Assembly: GCA_963766075.1 (NCBI GenBank) | Contig: CAVYAN010000048.1 | Location: 32,001-96,000, forward strand | DNA: 64,000 nt | Direction of reading: 5' to 3' | Source of the DNA: an uncultured cyanobacterium | GTDB taxonomy: Bacteria; Cyanobacteriota; Cyanobacteriia; Leptolyngbyales; Leptolyngbyaceae | Part shown: positions 10,159 to 19,039 of the stretch, piece by piece | Layout of the letters: the number at the start of each line of letters is the position of its first letter | Numbering within the stretch: position 1 is the first letter of the stretch | The notes under the pieces: model-generated | Told to the model about the DNA's origin: nothing | Seen by the model: the letters and a program-made list of their open reading frames with translations, nothing else | Databases searched by the model: none | Made by a program: the position numbers and the translations under genes

Positions 10159-10945
10159 GCGTCTTCACTCGCTCTGTGTCAGGGCTTTTCAGCTCGCGCA
10201 CCAGCTCACGGATGCGATCGCGGGTGGCCCCTGCCATCGCCAAGGTCAAAAGCTTCGCCCGCTCGCCTTCGTCTTTGACCTTGGCAATCTCAATGGCGAT
10301 CGTGTGGGCTAAACGCCCAGTCCGCAGAGCCGCGAGAACATCCTCGGGCATGTTCAGGATGGGCACCTTGTTCTTGAGGAAGCTTTTCCAGTTGTGCCCC
10401 GTCGCCTCAAAGAAGGCCAACAGCTCATCAATGTCACCCCCTTGCTCGCTAACCATGCCCGCATGGTTAGATCTGTTATTGGCGGCGTAAAGCCGTCTTA
10501 CGACTTCCTGGGGTGTAATGCCCAGCTCTGCCGCCGCCCAATTCAGCACCATATCAACCTCGTCTGGCGGGGTCAGATGCTCGCTGGATAGAACCTCTAA
10601 GGCGATGATTTGCATCGCTTCAGCATCGCTCATTTCGCGGACGATGGCAGGGCATTTTTCCAAGCCCAGATGCTTGGCGACTAGCGATCGCCGCCCACCT
10701 TTAACGGACTCGAAATATCCTGACTGGTCTGGGCTTGGCCGCAGTAGTAGGGGTTCTTTGATGCCGACAGCGGCAATCGATGCCCGCAGTTCGTCTAGTC
10801 GAACGGGGTCAAAGAACCGGCGTGGTTGGAGCGGGCAAGGGATGATTCGGGTCGTTGCGATTTGAGTCACAGGCTCCGACGCATCCTTTTTGGGGGCTGC
10901 GCCTAAATAAGCGCCGAGCCCAGGTGTGGCTCTATTGTTTAACAT
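10049..10945 (-). CDS. parB: ParB/Spo0J-family partition protein
   Basis: QPRRFFD, L-x2-SI-x3-GIKEPLLLRP, GGRR box, helical C-terminus; directly downstream of parA. Confidence 0.9.
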   Translation of the reverse strand: MLNNRATPGLGAYLGAAPKKDASEPVTQIATTRIIPCPLQPRRFFDPVRLDELRASIAAVGIKEPLLLRPSPDQSGYFESVKGGRRSLVAKHLGLEKCPAIVREMSDAEAMQIIALEVLSSEHLTPPDEVDMVLNWAAAELGITPQEVVRRLYAANNRSNHAGMVSEQGGDIDELLAFFEATGHNWKSFLKNKVPILNMPEDVLAALRTGRLAHTIAIEIAKVKDEGERAKLLTLAMAGATRDRIRELVRELKSPDTERVKTPKQRLADLSKRWGDLSEESQKKAEKLLRQLEQILAE

Positions 10946-11700
10946 GCTTCTCCTTTCAGTAGCGATGTTGCTATATCGGAGAAAATCAAATTTAGCGCGT
11001 GCTTAGGACGCCAAACCCCTAAAGGCTGGCCGCGCTTAACGGCTTGCCCCAACTCTTTGCTTCGTGCCAAGGCCGGAAACACGGGAGCGGCTTTGGCAAA
11101 GTTTCCATGAATGTAGTCCAGGGCTTCCCTTTCGTGGGCCGCGCTTCTATCAAGCGCATTCGGGATAAAGCCCAGCAGTTTGGGTGTGATTTCATAGTTA
11201 TCCCTGAGTGAACTGAGGGACGTGAACACAAGGTTTGCTCCTAGCAGCCCCTTTGCCTCTGTTCTCAGAGGGATTAACACCCCTGAACAGCTCATCAGAG
11301 CCATGATGCTCAGGAGTCCGAGGGCTGGAGGGCAATCCAGAAGGATCACATCATAGTGCGCCTCAATCTTGGCGATCGCGTTCTGGAGTCGGCTCCCTCG
11401 CAGGTGATCGTTGGCTAACTCCATCTCGATACCCGACAAGTCAAGAGTGGCGGGTATCAAGTCAAAGCCATGACATTGCTTCGGAGCAATATCAACACCC
11501 TTGATAAAAGGTGAAGTCGTTTCCTCCACGGGGATTTCACAGGAGTCTAAGCCTGCAAAATCGGTCAGCGAACCTTGGGAATCTAAATCGATCGCTAGGG
11601 TTCGCTGACCTTGCTGAGCAAACTGATAGGCGAGGTTTAGGGTCATGGTCGTTTTGCCCTGCCCCCCTGCCTGGTTGAAGACTGCGATGATTTGCGTCAT
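10939..11700 (-). CDS. parA: ParA/Soj-family partition ATPase
   Basis: Deviant Walker A NQAGGQGKTT, IDLDSQGSLT, YDVILLDCPPALG. Confidence 0.95.
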   Translation of the reverse strand: MTQIIAVFNQAGGQGKTTMTLNLAYQFAQQGQRTLAIDLDSQGSLTDFAGLDSCEIPVEETTSPFIKGVDIAPKQCHGFDLIPATLDLSGIEMELANDHLRGSRLQNAIAKIEAHYDVILLDCPPALGLLSIMALMSCSGVLIPLRTEAKGLLGANLVFTSLSSLRDNYEITPKLLGFIPNALDRSAAHEREALDYIHGNFAKAAPVFPALARSKELGQAVKRGQPLGVWRPKHALNLIFSDIATSLLKGEAC

Positions 11701-12087
11701 TTAAGATACCGCTGATTTTAAGAGGATTATGCTTGCCGCCAGATCATCTGACGGATTTTCTTTGTGCTGTTTTTCAAGGCTTGAGATCGCGGCCTGTATG
11801 TCACTTGTCCGCCGTTTTAGCTTGTCGCGAACACCCAAACTTGTTTCTAGGCTAAGCATCACCTGAAGGTTTTTTGCTTGCTCAATCAATCCAGAGTCTA
11901 TAACAAGCCTGATAACGCCTGCCTGCGTCATCCCCATTTGTGTGGCTATTAAATTTATTCGCCTAAGCTGCACTTCTGTTAAACGCACATCTTTGGCTAC
12001 AGTTCTTGCTTTGGCTTTTTTCCCTTCATCAGATTGTTCAACAGATTGTTTTTCTTCAACAGGTTGAATTAAGTCGTCATTGCTCAT
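11701..12087 (-). CDS. Ribbon-helix-helix-like DNA-binding protein, first gene of the par operon
   Basis: DVRLTEVQLRRINLIATQMGMTQAGVIRLVID fits a CopG/RHH pattern; abuts parA. Confidence 0.55.
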   Translation of the reverse strand: MSNDDLIQPVEEKQSVEQSDEGKKAKARTVAKDVRLTEVQLRRINLIATQMGMTQAGVIRLVIDSGLIEQAKNLQVMLSLETSLGVRDKLKRRTSDIQAAISSLEKQHKENPSDDLAASIILLKSAVS

Positions 12088-12228
12088 ATATATCTCTCAG
12101 TCAAAACAACCTCCATTTTACTGGCACCCTGCTTTTGTCCAAAAATATCAGAAATTCTTGTAAAAAGACTTTACTACAAAAAACCTAGCATTTGTCGTAA
12201 ACCTTTGGTAGAATCCCAAGCAGTACAT

Positions 12229-12250
12229 TTGATTTCTGTACATAAATCAA
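12229..12250. promoter_or_regulatory. 22-bp palindrome TTGATTTCTGTACATAAATCAA (candidate parS/operator)
   Basis: Lies in the divergent intergenic region upstream of the par operon; five further copies at 22023, 29725, 29762, 29796 and 29838. Confidence 0.7.
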
Positions 12251-12285
12251 GCGCGGAAATCAAATGCTGCTAGGACATAGCATTC

Positions 12286-12648
12286 ATGGGCATAGGAGTT
12301 TTTATGGAAGTTTCACCAGTTCTCGTCACGGGCTTGACCCTGACTTTTGTCGCTGGGCACTGGGCGGGTCGGCATCTAGACGTTACCCCGGATTCTGTGG
12401 CGGTTGAACGCCGCCGCCAGTTAATCGCTCTGTTAAAACAGGCAGGGTTAAACCTGCTGAAGTATGGCGCGATCGCTGCGCAGCGCGGGCGAGCCTTCGT
12501 AGTCGAGCAGTCGGGGTCAGCGGCTTCTCAACCCCTGATTCTGCCTCAAGGTCAACCTTTTGATTTGGGCGAAGCGGGGCAAGAGCTTGAACATTTGCTG
12601 GCCACTCCCGCTCCCGCAACCCCCGCTCGGAGAGGTGTAAAAAACTAA
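12286..12648 (+). CDS. Hypothetical protein with N-terminal hydrophobic segment
   Basis: First ORF of a + strand operon; coupled to the next ORF (TAATG). Confidence 0.55.
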   Translation: MGIGVFMEVSPVLVTGLTLTFVAGHWAGRHLDVTPDSVAVERRRQLIALLKQAGLNLLKYGAIAAQRGRAFVVEQSGSAASQPLILPQGQPFDLGEAGQELEHLLATPAPATPARRGVKN

Positions 12649-13097
12649 TGAAATCCACCCAAATCCGAAAAAAACGCCTCAATCTGGACGATCGCTTAGC
12701 CCTCCTGAGCTTTCAAGAAATGCGAGACTTGCTTGCGCAAGATTTGAACAGCCCAATTAAGCGGAGGGCTAAGCTTCGGCTGAAGCAGATTGCCGCTCTT
12801 GGCCTAAGCCCAAATGAGCTGCACGGACTGCTTGCGAATGCGTTCAACGCAGAACAGTTGTATGGAGAAAAGCTATATAACCGTCACTTGCTTCAGATCC
12901 ACCACGATCAGCTCGTAACGGATCTGGAGGCGCAAAAAGACCCAGAATTTGACACGACACTGTTGCATCAATTGATCGAATTTGTCCGCGAGAACGGGTC
13001 AACAACCTTGTTGAAGATGGTGGTCGCTGTGTCCGACGCTGTAGGCGACACAGAAACCGCTGAAGGAGTAGAGGATTATCTGTATTCCTTTACCTAG
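12648..13097 (+). CDS. Hypothetical protein
   Basis: 149-aa ORF, translationally coupled. Confidence 0.6.
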   Translation: MKSTQIRKKRLNLDDRLALLSFQEMRDLLAQDLNSPIKRRAKLRLKQIAALGLSPNELHGLLANAFNAEQLYGEKLYNRHLLQIHHDQLVTDLEAQKDPEFDTTLLHQLIEFVRENGSTTLLKMVVAVSDAVGDTETAEGVEDYLYSFT

Positions 13098-13099
13098 GC

Positions 13100-13210
13100 C
13101 CGGTTGTGACCGGCCATGTCCGAACAATTTCAAGCGCGATCGCCGCGCATTTTTTTGAGGAGATAGGCGGACATGACCGGACATGACCGGACACAACCGG
13201 CCATGACCGG
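13100..13210. repeat. 10-bp-period CCGGNCAYRA-like direct repeats plus a 23-bp inverted repeat
   Basis: 13100-13122 is the reverse complement of 13178-13200 (21/23). Tandem 10-mers run 13167-13210. Confidence 0.75.
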
Positions 13211-13526
13211 AGCAGAATTCAACCGAGCGATCGCCCAAAAGTATTTCCAGGTTTACAACATCAAGCCATGCCCGCGAACCGTTCGCCGCTGGCGATGCGC
13301 TCTGGGAATAGGGCAAAAAGGGATGTACAGCGAGGCTGAGATGGATGACGTGCTGCATCTGGGATGTCTCATTCGCCAGATGGGCACCGTGGATGCGGCA
13401 GTAGACAGATACATTGAATTAAAGGAGCTTCATGAAGAACAAAGTCAAGGGCAACGGGTTTCAGCCAGGACAGGGTGCCAATCGGACCAGCCACCGATTA
13501 CGGTTGATGCGGCAGTTGTCGGTTAG
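13173..13526 (+). CDS. Small putative DNA-binding protein (MerR/excisionase-like HTH)
   Basis: RBS GAGGAG; P-x-PRTVRRWR-x2-LG-x6-YS pattern. Confidence 0.45.
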   Translation: MTGHDRTQPAMTGAEFNRAIAQKYFQVYNIKPCPRTVRRWRCALGIGQKGMYSEAEMDDVLHLGCLIRQMGTVDAAVDRYIELKELHEEQSQGQRVSARTGCQSDQPPITVDAAVVG

Positions 13527-14055
13527 TGAACCGCAATTCAAAACCTTGTGCGGAGCCTTGGGACTGGCTTTCAAGGATTTTTACTCCCAGCAGGAAGCCG
13601 ATCGGCTGACCAACTATCACCATGCGTCAACCGACCACCAACCACCCGCCAACCAACCACCAACTATTCATCAACCATCCGCCAACTATTCACCAACCGA
13701 GCGCCAACCGAGCGCCAACCAATTGGCAACCCAGTTGGTTGGCGGGGAAGTTGAACGGTTGACGAAATTGGTTTCTCAGGTTGAGGATGGGGCACAACAG
13801 ATTGCCCAGCAGGCTGGGGAGCGGATTGCCGAGCTTGTGGGCGACATTCCCCGATCAGCATTAGAGATCGCGGCCAGCTTGACCAGCCAGAATCAAGGAA
13901 TTTTGTACACAGCACATGACGCGGTTGAGGAGGTTGGCGCAGTAGCCGAAAACTTTCGAGAGCAACTTAGCCGCCGCCCCCGGCAGCTTCCCTCTACCGC
14001 GCCTACAACCCTGCGTCAGCTACGCGCAGCCGACCCAGATCTCCAACGCGCTTAA
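13432..14055 (+). CDS. Hypothetical protein with Q/P/N-rich linker
   Basis: RBS AAGGAG before ATG 13432. Confidence 0.55.
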   Translation: MKNKVKGNGFQPGQGANRTSHRLRLMRQLSVSEPQFKTLCGALGLAFKDFYSQQEADRLTNYHHASTDHQPPANQPPTIHQPSANYSPTERQPSANQLATQLVGGEVERLTKLVSQVEDGAQQIAQQAGERIAELVGDIPRSALEIAASLTSQNQGILYTAHDAVEEVGAVAENFREQLSRRPRQLPSTAPTTLRQLRAADPDLQRA

Positions 14056-14080
14056 GGTTGGAATTATTTTTTCAGCAAGC

Positions 14081-14353
14081 TTGGTTGGAGTGTTGGTTGC
14101 CGTCATGGCGATCGCGCTTGTCAATCGCCCCAAACCCGTGTACGCCCTAGTGGTCGCACTTGGGGGAGCCACAACAAGTTCAGTTCTGATTTGTTGGGGT
14201 TTAAGCGTTGCCAAGCGTGGACAAGTGGTTGAGTGGCGTGAAATCCACCGGCCAACCAACACTCCAACCAACCACCAACCTGCTCGCCAACTTGGCCACC
14301 AACCACCCGCCACGCGAACTATCAACCTACCAACCATCAGGGCCATCGAATGA
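14081..14353 (+). CDS. Small membrane protein
   Basis: Two hydrophobic stretches; start uncertain. Confidence 0.45.
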   Translation: MVGVLVAVMAIALVNRPKPVYALVVALGGATTSSVLICWGLSVAKRGQVVEWREIHRPTNTPTNHQPARQLGHQPPATRTINLPTIRAIE

Positions 14354-14514
14354 ACAAACCTGTGAAAATTGCCTGCTTACTCGGAACCTCATTTTTGTTG
14401 CTGCTTGTCTTGGGCGCGATCATAGTTGCCCGAGCGATCGACCCCGGCAAAAAAAATACCACGGAGGTTCCGATGGAAATCTACAACAAACTTCCCCTCT
14501 CGTTTGGGATCTAG
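14350..14514 (+). CDS. Small single-pass membrane protein (54 aa, below the track cutoff)
   Basis: MNKPVKIACLLGTSFLLLLVLGAIIVARA...; ATGA overlap with the previous ORF. Confidence 0.55.
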   Translation: MNKPVKIACLLGTSFLLLLVLGAIIVARAIDPGKKNTTEVPMEIYNKLPLSFGI

Positions 14515-14516
14515 AA

Positions 14517-14930
14517 ATGACCAATCAACTGATTCGAGACATTAAAGTTGCAGTGGTCCCAGCCCTTGTGACCACTGGATCTATTCTGGTTTTCACAATC
14601 ACCCTTACCCTCCATCTTGCAGAGGACAAAGCTGCAAAAATTATTCGGATGCAGCTCCCTGCAATCTTTTTCACGGCCCTTGTGGCTGGAACACTGGGTG
14701 TTAGGGCGAAAGGTGATGGAGCAACCTACCCTGGCCGTGAAGAACCCGCGATCGCTTACACCCCAGCGTCCTACCCCCCGCTGCCAGCAGGATTAGGGCA
14801 ATCGCAGAGGGTTGATGTCTCACAGCTAATCGATCAAGCTACCCAGCCCCAGGCTCAGTCTTTATATGGGCTTAGGGAAATAGATTTAGACAGTTTGATT
14901 GGACAAAGACCGATCGGGGGGGAGGATTAA
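14517..14930 (+). CDS. Two-pass membrane protein
   Basis: Likely start MTNQLIRD at 14517; two hydrophobic segments. Confidence 0.55.
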   Translation: MTNQLIRDIKVAVVPALVTTGSILVFTITLTLHLAEDKAAKIIRMQLPAIFFTALVAGTLGVRAKGDGATYPGREEPAIAYTPASYPPLPAGLGQSQRVDVSQLIDQATQPQAQSLYGLREIDLDSLIGQRPIGGED

Positions 14931-15017
14931 TGCTGAAAACGTTCCAGGAAGGGTTGGAGCGGTTGAAGAAAGTAGAGTTCAGAAATTTTCTGATCCTATT
15001 GATGTAGGGAGCGACTC

Positions 15018-15677
15018 ATGCCGAAGGAAGGGAAAAAAACAGAAAAACCCGTCGCAGAATCTCAGTCTGCGGCTATTTCTTCTGACGGCAAAACCTGCCA
15101 TCTGATCGTGAACATTAGCAACGGTTACGGGACGGCGCGGATGGATTACAAAGGACCAGTTGACCCGCTTTTTGCGGGGGGACTGCTTGGAATCGCTCAA
15201 GCATCGGGGGGAAGCATTAGCCCTCAGCCGATTCCAGCGATTCAGATTCAGCAGCAACAGCCACCACTGCTATCTCAATCGCAGCCTTCAAGCCTACCCC
15301 CACCGAATCCCCCTCCAAGAAGGTCAGTTGATTTCAACACTATTGATGCGGCGGCGGCAACGGTGCTGCCTCGGACTGGCTTGCCTGCTACTCGCCCTGG
15401 CGTCCCTTTGCCAACTGTTCAGCGAGGGCGTTCAATTGGCCCCGTCCAGGTGGCTCTCATACTGGTGTTTTTGTTCTTTTTGCCCATTGCTTGGACGCTA
15501 ATCAGCAGTCCCGTGGCGCGGCAAAACGTATTGAACTCAATCATCCCGATCGCGCCTCCTGCGGCCCCCAGCCCGAGCGCTGCCCCCGCCAAGCCAAAGC
15601 AGTCTTCCGCGCTGCCTCCACCCCCACCCCCCAATCCCCCGGCAGGTTCAATTCTGCCCGTTCCCACTCCACCATAA
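15018..15677 (+). CDS. Pro-rich single-pass membrane protein
   Basis: TM segment VALILVFLFFLPIAWTLI flanked by Pro-rich regions. Confidence 0.6.
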   Translation: MPKEGKKTEKPVAESQSAAISSDGKTCHLIVNISNGYGTARMDYKGPVDPLFAGGLLGIAQASGGSISPQPIPAIQIQQQQPPLLSQSQPSSLPPPNPPPRRSVDFNTIDAAAATVLPRTGLPATRPGVPLPTVQRGRSIGPVQVALILVFLFFLPIAWTLISSPVARQNVLNSIIPIAPPAAPSPSAAPAKPKQSSALPPPPPPNPPAGSILPVPTPP

Positions 15678-15679
15678 CC

Positions 15680-16042
15680 ATGAATTCACATTCACCACTA
15701 CCCACTCGCCCCACTTCGCCGCCAGCAAGTAATGGCCAACCTCCAGCCAAGGCCACTACTGGAACCGCTGGCCTTGTTGAAGAAGTTGTCTACACAGACG
15801 ACAATTTTGCGGATCAAGTATTTCGAGCGATCGGAATATTTGCCGTGCCCGTCAACCTGGCTAAGCAAACCCCGATGGTGCCGTTCCTGAAGGTTGCCCT
15901 CAATCCACTGCCGCTTATCTGCATATTCGGCGTGATGTTTTTGCTATCCCGCCAGCTTAACCGTCCAGGCTTGGAAAAGTTGAGCATTTGGTTCCTCGGG
16001 CTCGCGATCGCCAGCCTAACCGCCCTGTATTCGTTGGTCTAA
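15680..16042 (+). CDS. Membrane protein
   Basis: Likely start MNSHSPL at 15680; two C-terminal hydrophobic helices. Confidence 0.55.
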   Translation: MNSHSPLPTRPTSPPASNGQPPAKATTGTAGLVEEVVYTDDNFADQVFRAIGIFAVPVNLAKQTPMVPFLKVALNPLPLICIFGVMFLLSRQLNRPGLEKLSIWFLGLAIASLTALYSLV

Positions 16043-16052
16043 CTTTGTTTGG

Positions 16053-17738
16053 TTGCCTGCTATGCCCGCCACGCTCGAAAAAACGTTTGAAAGTCTCAAG
16101 GTTTTCAACCCCGAAACTTCCTTAGTCCAGATTGCCGCCGATCATAGAATGACGGTGGACAAACTGTTTGCCCAAGTTGTTGCTTGGGCAACCCAAAAAG
16201 GGGTTTTGAAGCAAGTCGGAGCCACGATTTTGGCTCAGTACTGGCTTGAAGCCAAGCGGCAATCGGTGTCTACGGACAGAGATGAGTATGTTGCCTGGGC
16301 AATGCAGCAGTTTGGATTAGATGACGCTGAAGCCACCGCCGCGATCGCGGCGGCTGAAGCTTGTATGCCTGAAAGCGCTGGAACTCTCGACATTGCAGGC
16401 TACCGGCTTGCTCAAGTGTTTGAAGCCTACAAGGTGACTCTTGAGTTTTTACCACCGGCAATAGAGGGACTGAGGCACTATGGGTTTATTTTCAAAATGA
16501 AAGCGGGAACATCGTTCTCAGCCGTAGAGGGGAAGCTTCCTGAAGTGCTATCTTTTTCCGGATTCGATCCCAAAAGAGTGGCTTATCTTGAGCCTCGCAC
16601 AGGCGGCAAAATGGCTTTGTTTGTTCCCAAAGAAGCCAGCAAAGCTACTGACTACCCGCTGCTGAAACATTATGCTAGCGCCGTAAAACCCGAAAAGCCG
16701 GGATTGATCGGCATCTGTGCCGCCATCATCCGGAGCCATGGCGGCAAGCATTCGATAAATCGTCCCGTTGAAATTCCTGTAGGGATTTCAATTTTTAACG
16801 AAACTGTTACGGTCCCCCTTGGGAAAGGGGCAATGATCGTTGGACAGACGGGTAGTGGAAAGACTGTTTCACAAGAAATCCTCCTATCAACAATGCAAAT
16901 GCTGTGGACGCCACAACAATTGCAGATCATCCTAATCGACATGAAGGCTGTCTTTGCAGCGCAATACAAAGACGGCCCGCACCTGATTTTTCCGGCTATA
17001 GATGACGAAAGCCTTGCGAAAGAATTTCCACGCCTGAAGCGAGCGTTAACCCATGAACTGAAGCGGCGCAATAATGTTTTCAAAGCCGCAGGGGTTAAGA
17101 ACATCTATGAGTACAACGACTATCAAGTACGGCAGGGAGATGCGAATCTCATGCCAATCATCTACGTTTTTGTAGATGAGATTAAAGATGCGATCGACCA
17201 GGAAAAAGACTTTGAGGATTGGATTTGGATCGGAACACGACGATACACCGCATTTGGTGTTTTTTTCATTTTGGCTACACAATATGCCCCCGATATTCCT
17301 CCAAAAATCAGAGGGAATATGGGAGTCCAGTTTGGGCTTAGGCTACCAAAAAGTTCATCGGCTGAACTTGTGTTTGCCAATCCAGCCCTAGCGCGACACT
17401 TGCCCGATCTGCTTGGGGCGGGCGACTGCATCATTCAGGGCGGCACTGAAAACCTGATTGGGGGGGTGCGAACTCAAGTTTTTAGCTTGCCTTTGGATCA
17501 CTCCAAAGCGGTCCTGACTGCACTGCAAGAAGCTTACGAAGCATCGAAGCATCTTTATATCCCCCCGGATCCAGGTGAAGATGAGGATGAAGAGGGTGCG
17601 GCATCAGAAGCCATGACGTGCCCAACCTGCGGCAGCGATCGCATTAGCAAATATGGCTTTGCAAAAAAGGGGAACGAAAAAATTCCCAGATTCAGATGTG
17701 GAGGAACCCCAGCGCATGTATTCACAAACCCAAACTAG
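16053..17738 (+). CDS. FtsK/SpoIIIE-family ATPase with C-terminal zinc ribbon
   Basis: IVGQTGSGKT (Walker A), ILIDMK, ELKRR, IYVFVDE (Walker B), ILATQ, LLGAGD; C-terminal CPTC...RFRC. Confidence 0.85.
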   Translation: MPAMPATLEKTFESLKVFNPETSLVQIAADHRMTVDKLFAQVVAWATQKGVLKQVGATILAQYWLEAKRQSVSTDRDEYVAWAMQQFGLDDAEATAAIAAAEACMPESAGTLDIAGYRLAQVFEAYKVTLEFLPPAIEGLRHYGFIFKMKAGTSFSAVEGKLPEVLSFSGFDPKRVAYLEPRTGGKMALFVPKEASKATDYPLLKHYASAVKPEKPGLIGICAAIIRSHGGKHSINRPVEIPVGISIFNETVTVPLGKGAMIVGQTGSGKTVSQEILLSTMQMLWTPQQLQIILIDMKAVFAAQYKDGPHLIFPAIDDESLAKEFPRLKRALTHELKRRNNVFKAAGVKNIYEYNDYQVRQGDANLMPIIYVFVDEIKDAIDQEKDFEDWIWIGTRRYTAFGVFFILATQYAPDIPPKIRGNMGVQFGLRLPKSSSAELVFANPALARHLPDLLGAGDCIIQGGTENLIGGVRTQVFSLPLDHSKAVLTALQEAYEASKHLYIPPDPGEDEDEEGAASEAMTCPTCGSDRISKYGFAKKGNEKIPRFRCGGTPAHVFTNPN

Positions 17739-18369
17739 CGATCGCTATATCATCAACCCAGACGATTTGATTCTGTTTTGGGCAATGGTGGCCGCGTTGT
17801 GCCTAGGGTCTGTTTCGGCGCTGCTGCTGCTCGGGTCACCTACCGAATCTCCCAGCAGCAGCGCCCTAGCCCCACAGCCAGCAGCTTCGACAAGTGGCAA
17901 GGCTAAGCCTCTCCAGTCGCCCAAGAAAGCCAGCAGCCAGCAAATGGTGGCTTGGCTGCGTGAGGCAATCATCGGCCAGGAATCTGGAGGCGATCACACC
18001 CTGATGAATGCCAGTGGGTCAGGGGCCACCGGCCTGGGGCAGGTTATGCCTGAAAATATTGGCCCATGGAGCCTCGAAATCCTCGGCAGGCCGTTGAGCC
18101 AGCAGCAGTTTATTGACAGCCCCCAGCTTCAGCTCGCTATCATTGACGGCAAGCTAAAGCAGTACTGGAACGCCGCAATGCGGCAGACCAATGGCAAGGT
18201 CAACGAATCAGTGCGGCGATCGGCGTCAACTTGGTATTCCGGCGACCCCGAGTTGTTTGACGATCAGAAACCGCAGTTCTGGGGCGGCGATCGCTACCCC
18301 TCCATTGGCGAATACACAGAAGGCGTACTTTATAAGTTCACACGCCACAAAAAAGAGGCAGGATTTTAG
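17716..18369 (+). CDS. Membrane-anchored lytic transglycosylase (lysozyme-like/SLT)
   Basis: N-terminal TM; IIGQESGG catalytic Glu, GATGLGQVMP, WYSG. Likely start at 17716 (track gives 17653). Confidence 0.8.
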   Translation: MYSQTQTSDRYIINPDDLILFWAMVAALCLGSVSALLLLGSPTESPSSSALAPQPAASTSGKAKPLQSPKKASSQQMVAWLREAIIGQESGGDHTLMNASGSGATGLGQVMPENIGPWSLEILGRPLSQQQFIDSPQLQLAIIDGKLKQYWNAAMRQTNGKVNESVRRSASTWYSGDPELFDDQKPQFWGGDRYPSIGEYTEGVLYKFTRHKKEAGF

Positions 18370-18372
18370 ACC

Positions 18373-18753
18373 ATGGGGCGCGTGAAAGTACGGCGAGTTG
18401 TGAGGGTTCGGCAACAATTTCAAATGCCAAGAATTCCAGAAGTTGAGCTTTTCCCAAAGTTCAACTTTTCTGATATTAAAAGATGGCTTAAAGATGAGGT
18501 TGATTTCCTTGACAAAAACGCATCTTTCATCATCCTTTGTGTTGCTGGGTTTTTAGGAACTGCAACCGCGATCGCGCTCGGCGTGCTGCTGAGTAGCTGG
18601 GAAATTCTCAACCCTCTCTGCTGCTCCCTGTTGCTGGCCATTTACCTGCTCGCTCTCTACGTTCGATCCTACGGTCCTCACAGTCCTGCAAGTAAGCCAA
18701 AGGTCAATTCCTATAAAATATTGCGGCGATCGCGCCGTAGACCATTAGAATAA
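18373..18753 (+). CDS. Two-pass membrane protein with basic C-terminus (holin-like?)
   Basis: Two TM segments, Arg-rich tail, follows the muralytic enzyme. Confidence 0.4.
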   Translation: MGRVKVRRVVRVRQQFQMPRIPEVELFPKFNFSDIKRWLKDEVDFLDKNASFIILCVAGFLGTATAIALGVLLSSWEILNPLCCSLLLAIYLLALYVRSYGPHSPASKPKVNSYKILRRSRRRPLE

Positions 18754-18795
18754 ACTCGAATGGATCTTGCATACCCTTCTTAGGAATTGACTGCG

Positions 18796-18872
18796 GCGGG
18801 CTTTGCCCGCCTTTTTAATGCAATTAGCCAAACAAAAAGCCCTTGCAAATCTTAGGAAGCAAGGGCTTTTTG
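18796..18872. terminator. Two intrinsic terminator hairpins between convergent genes
   Basis: GGCGGGC-TTT-GCCCGCC-TTTTTT and AAAAAGCCCTTGC...GCAAGGGCTTTTT. Confidence 0.75.
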
Positions 18873-19039
18873 CGTCTGTGGCAAGACTTTTTTGGGCGCT
18901 GGTTTAGCCGTCTCATTAGAATAGAAGTATTGTCGGAACCAAAAACACCGTAATTCTACCGATCTAGCGATCGCGGTACATAGATTGATTCTGAAAAAAG
19001 TAGCACCATTTATCTATGGAATAGTATGAAAGTATTGGC

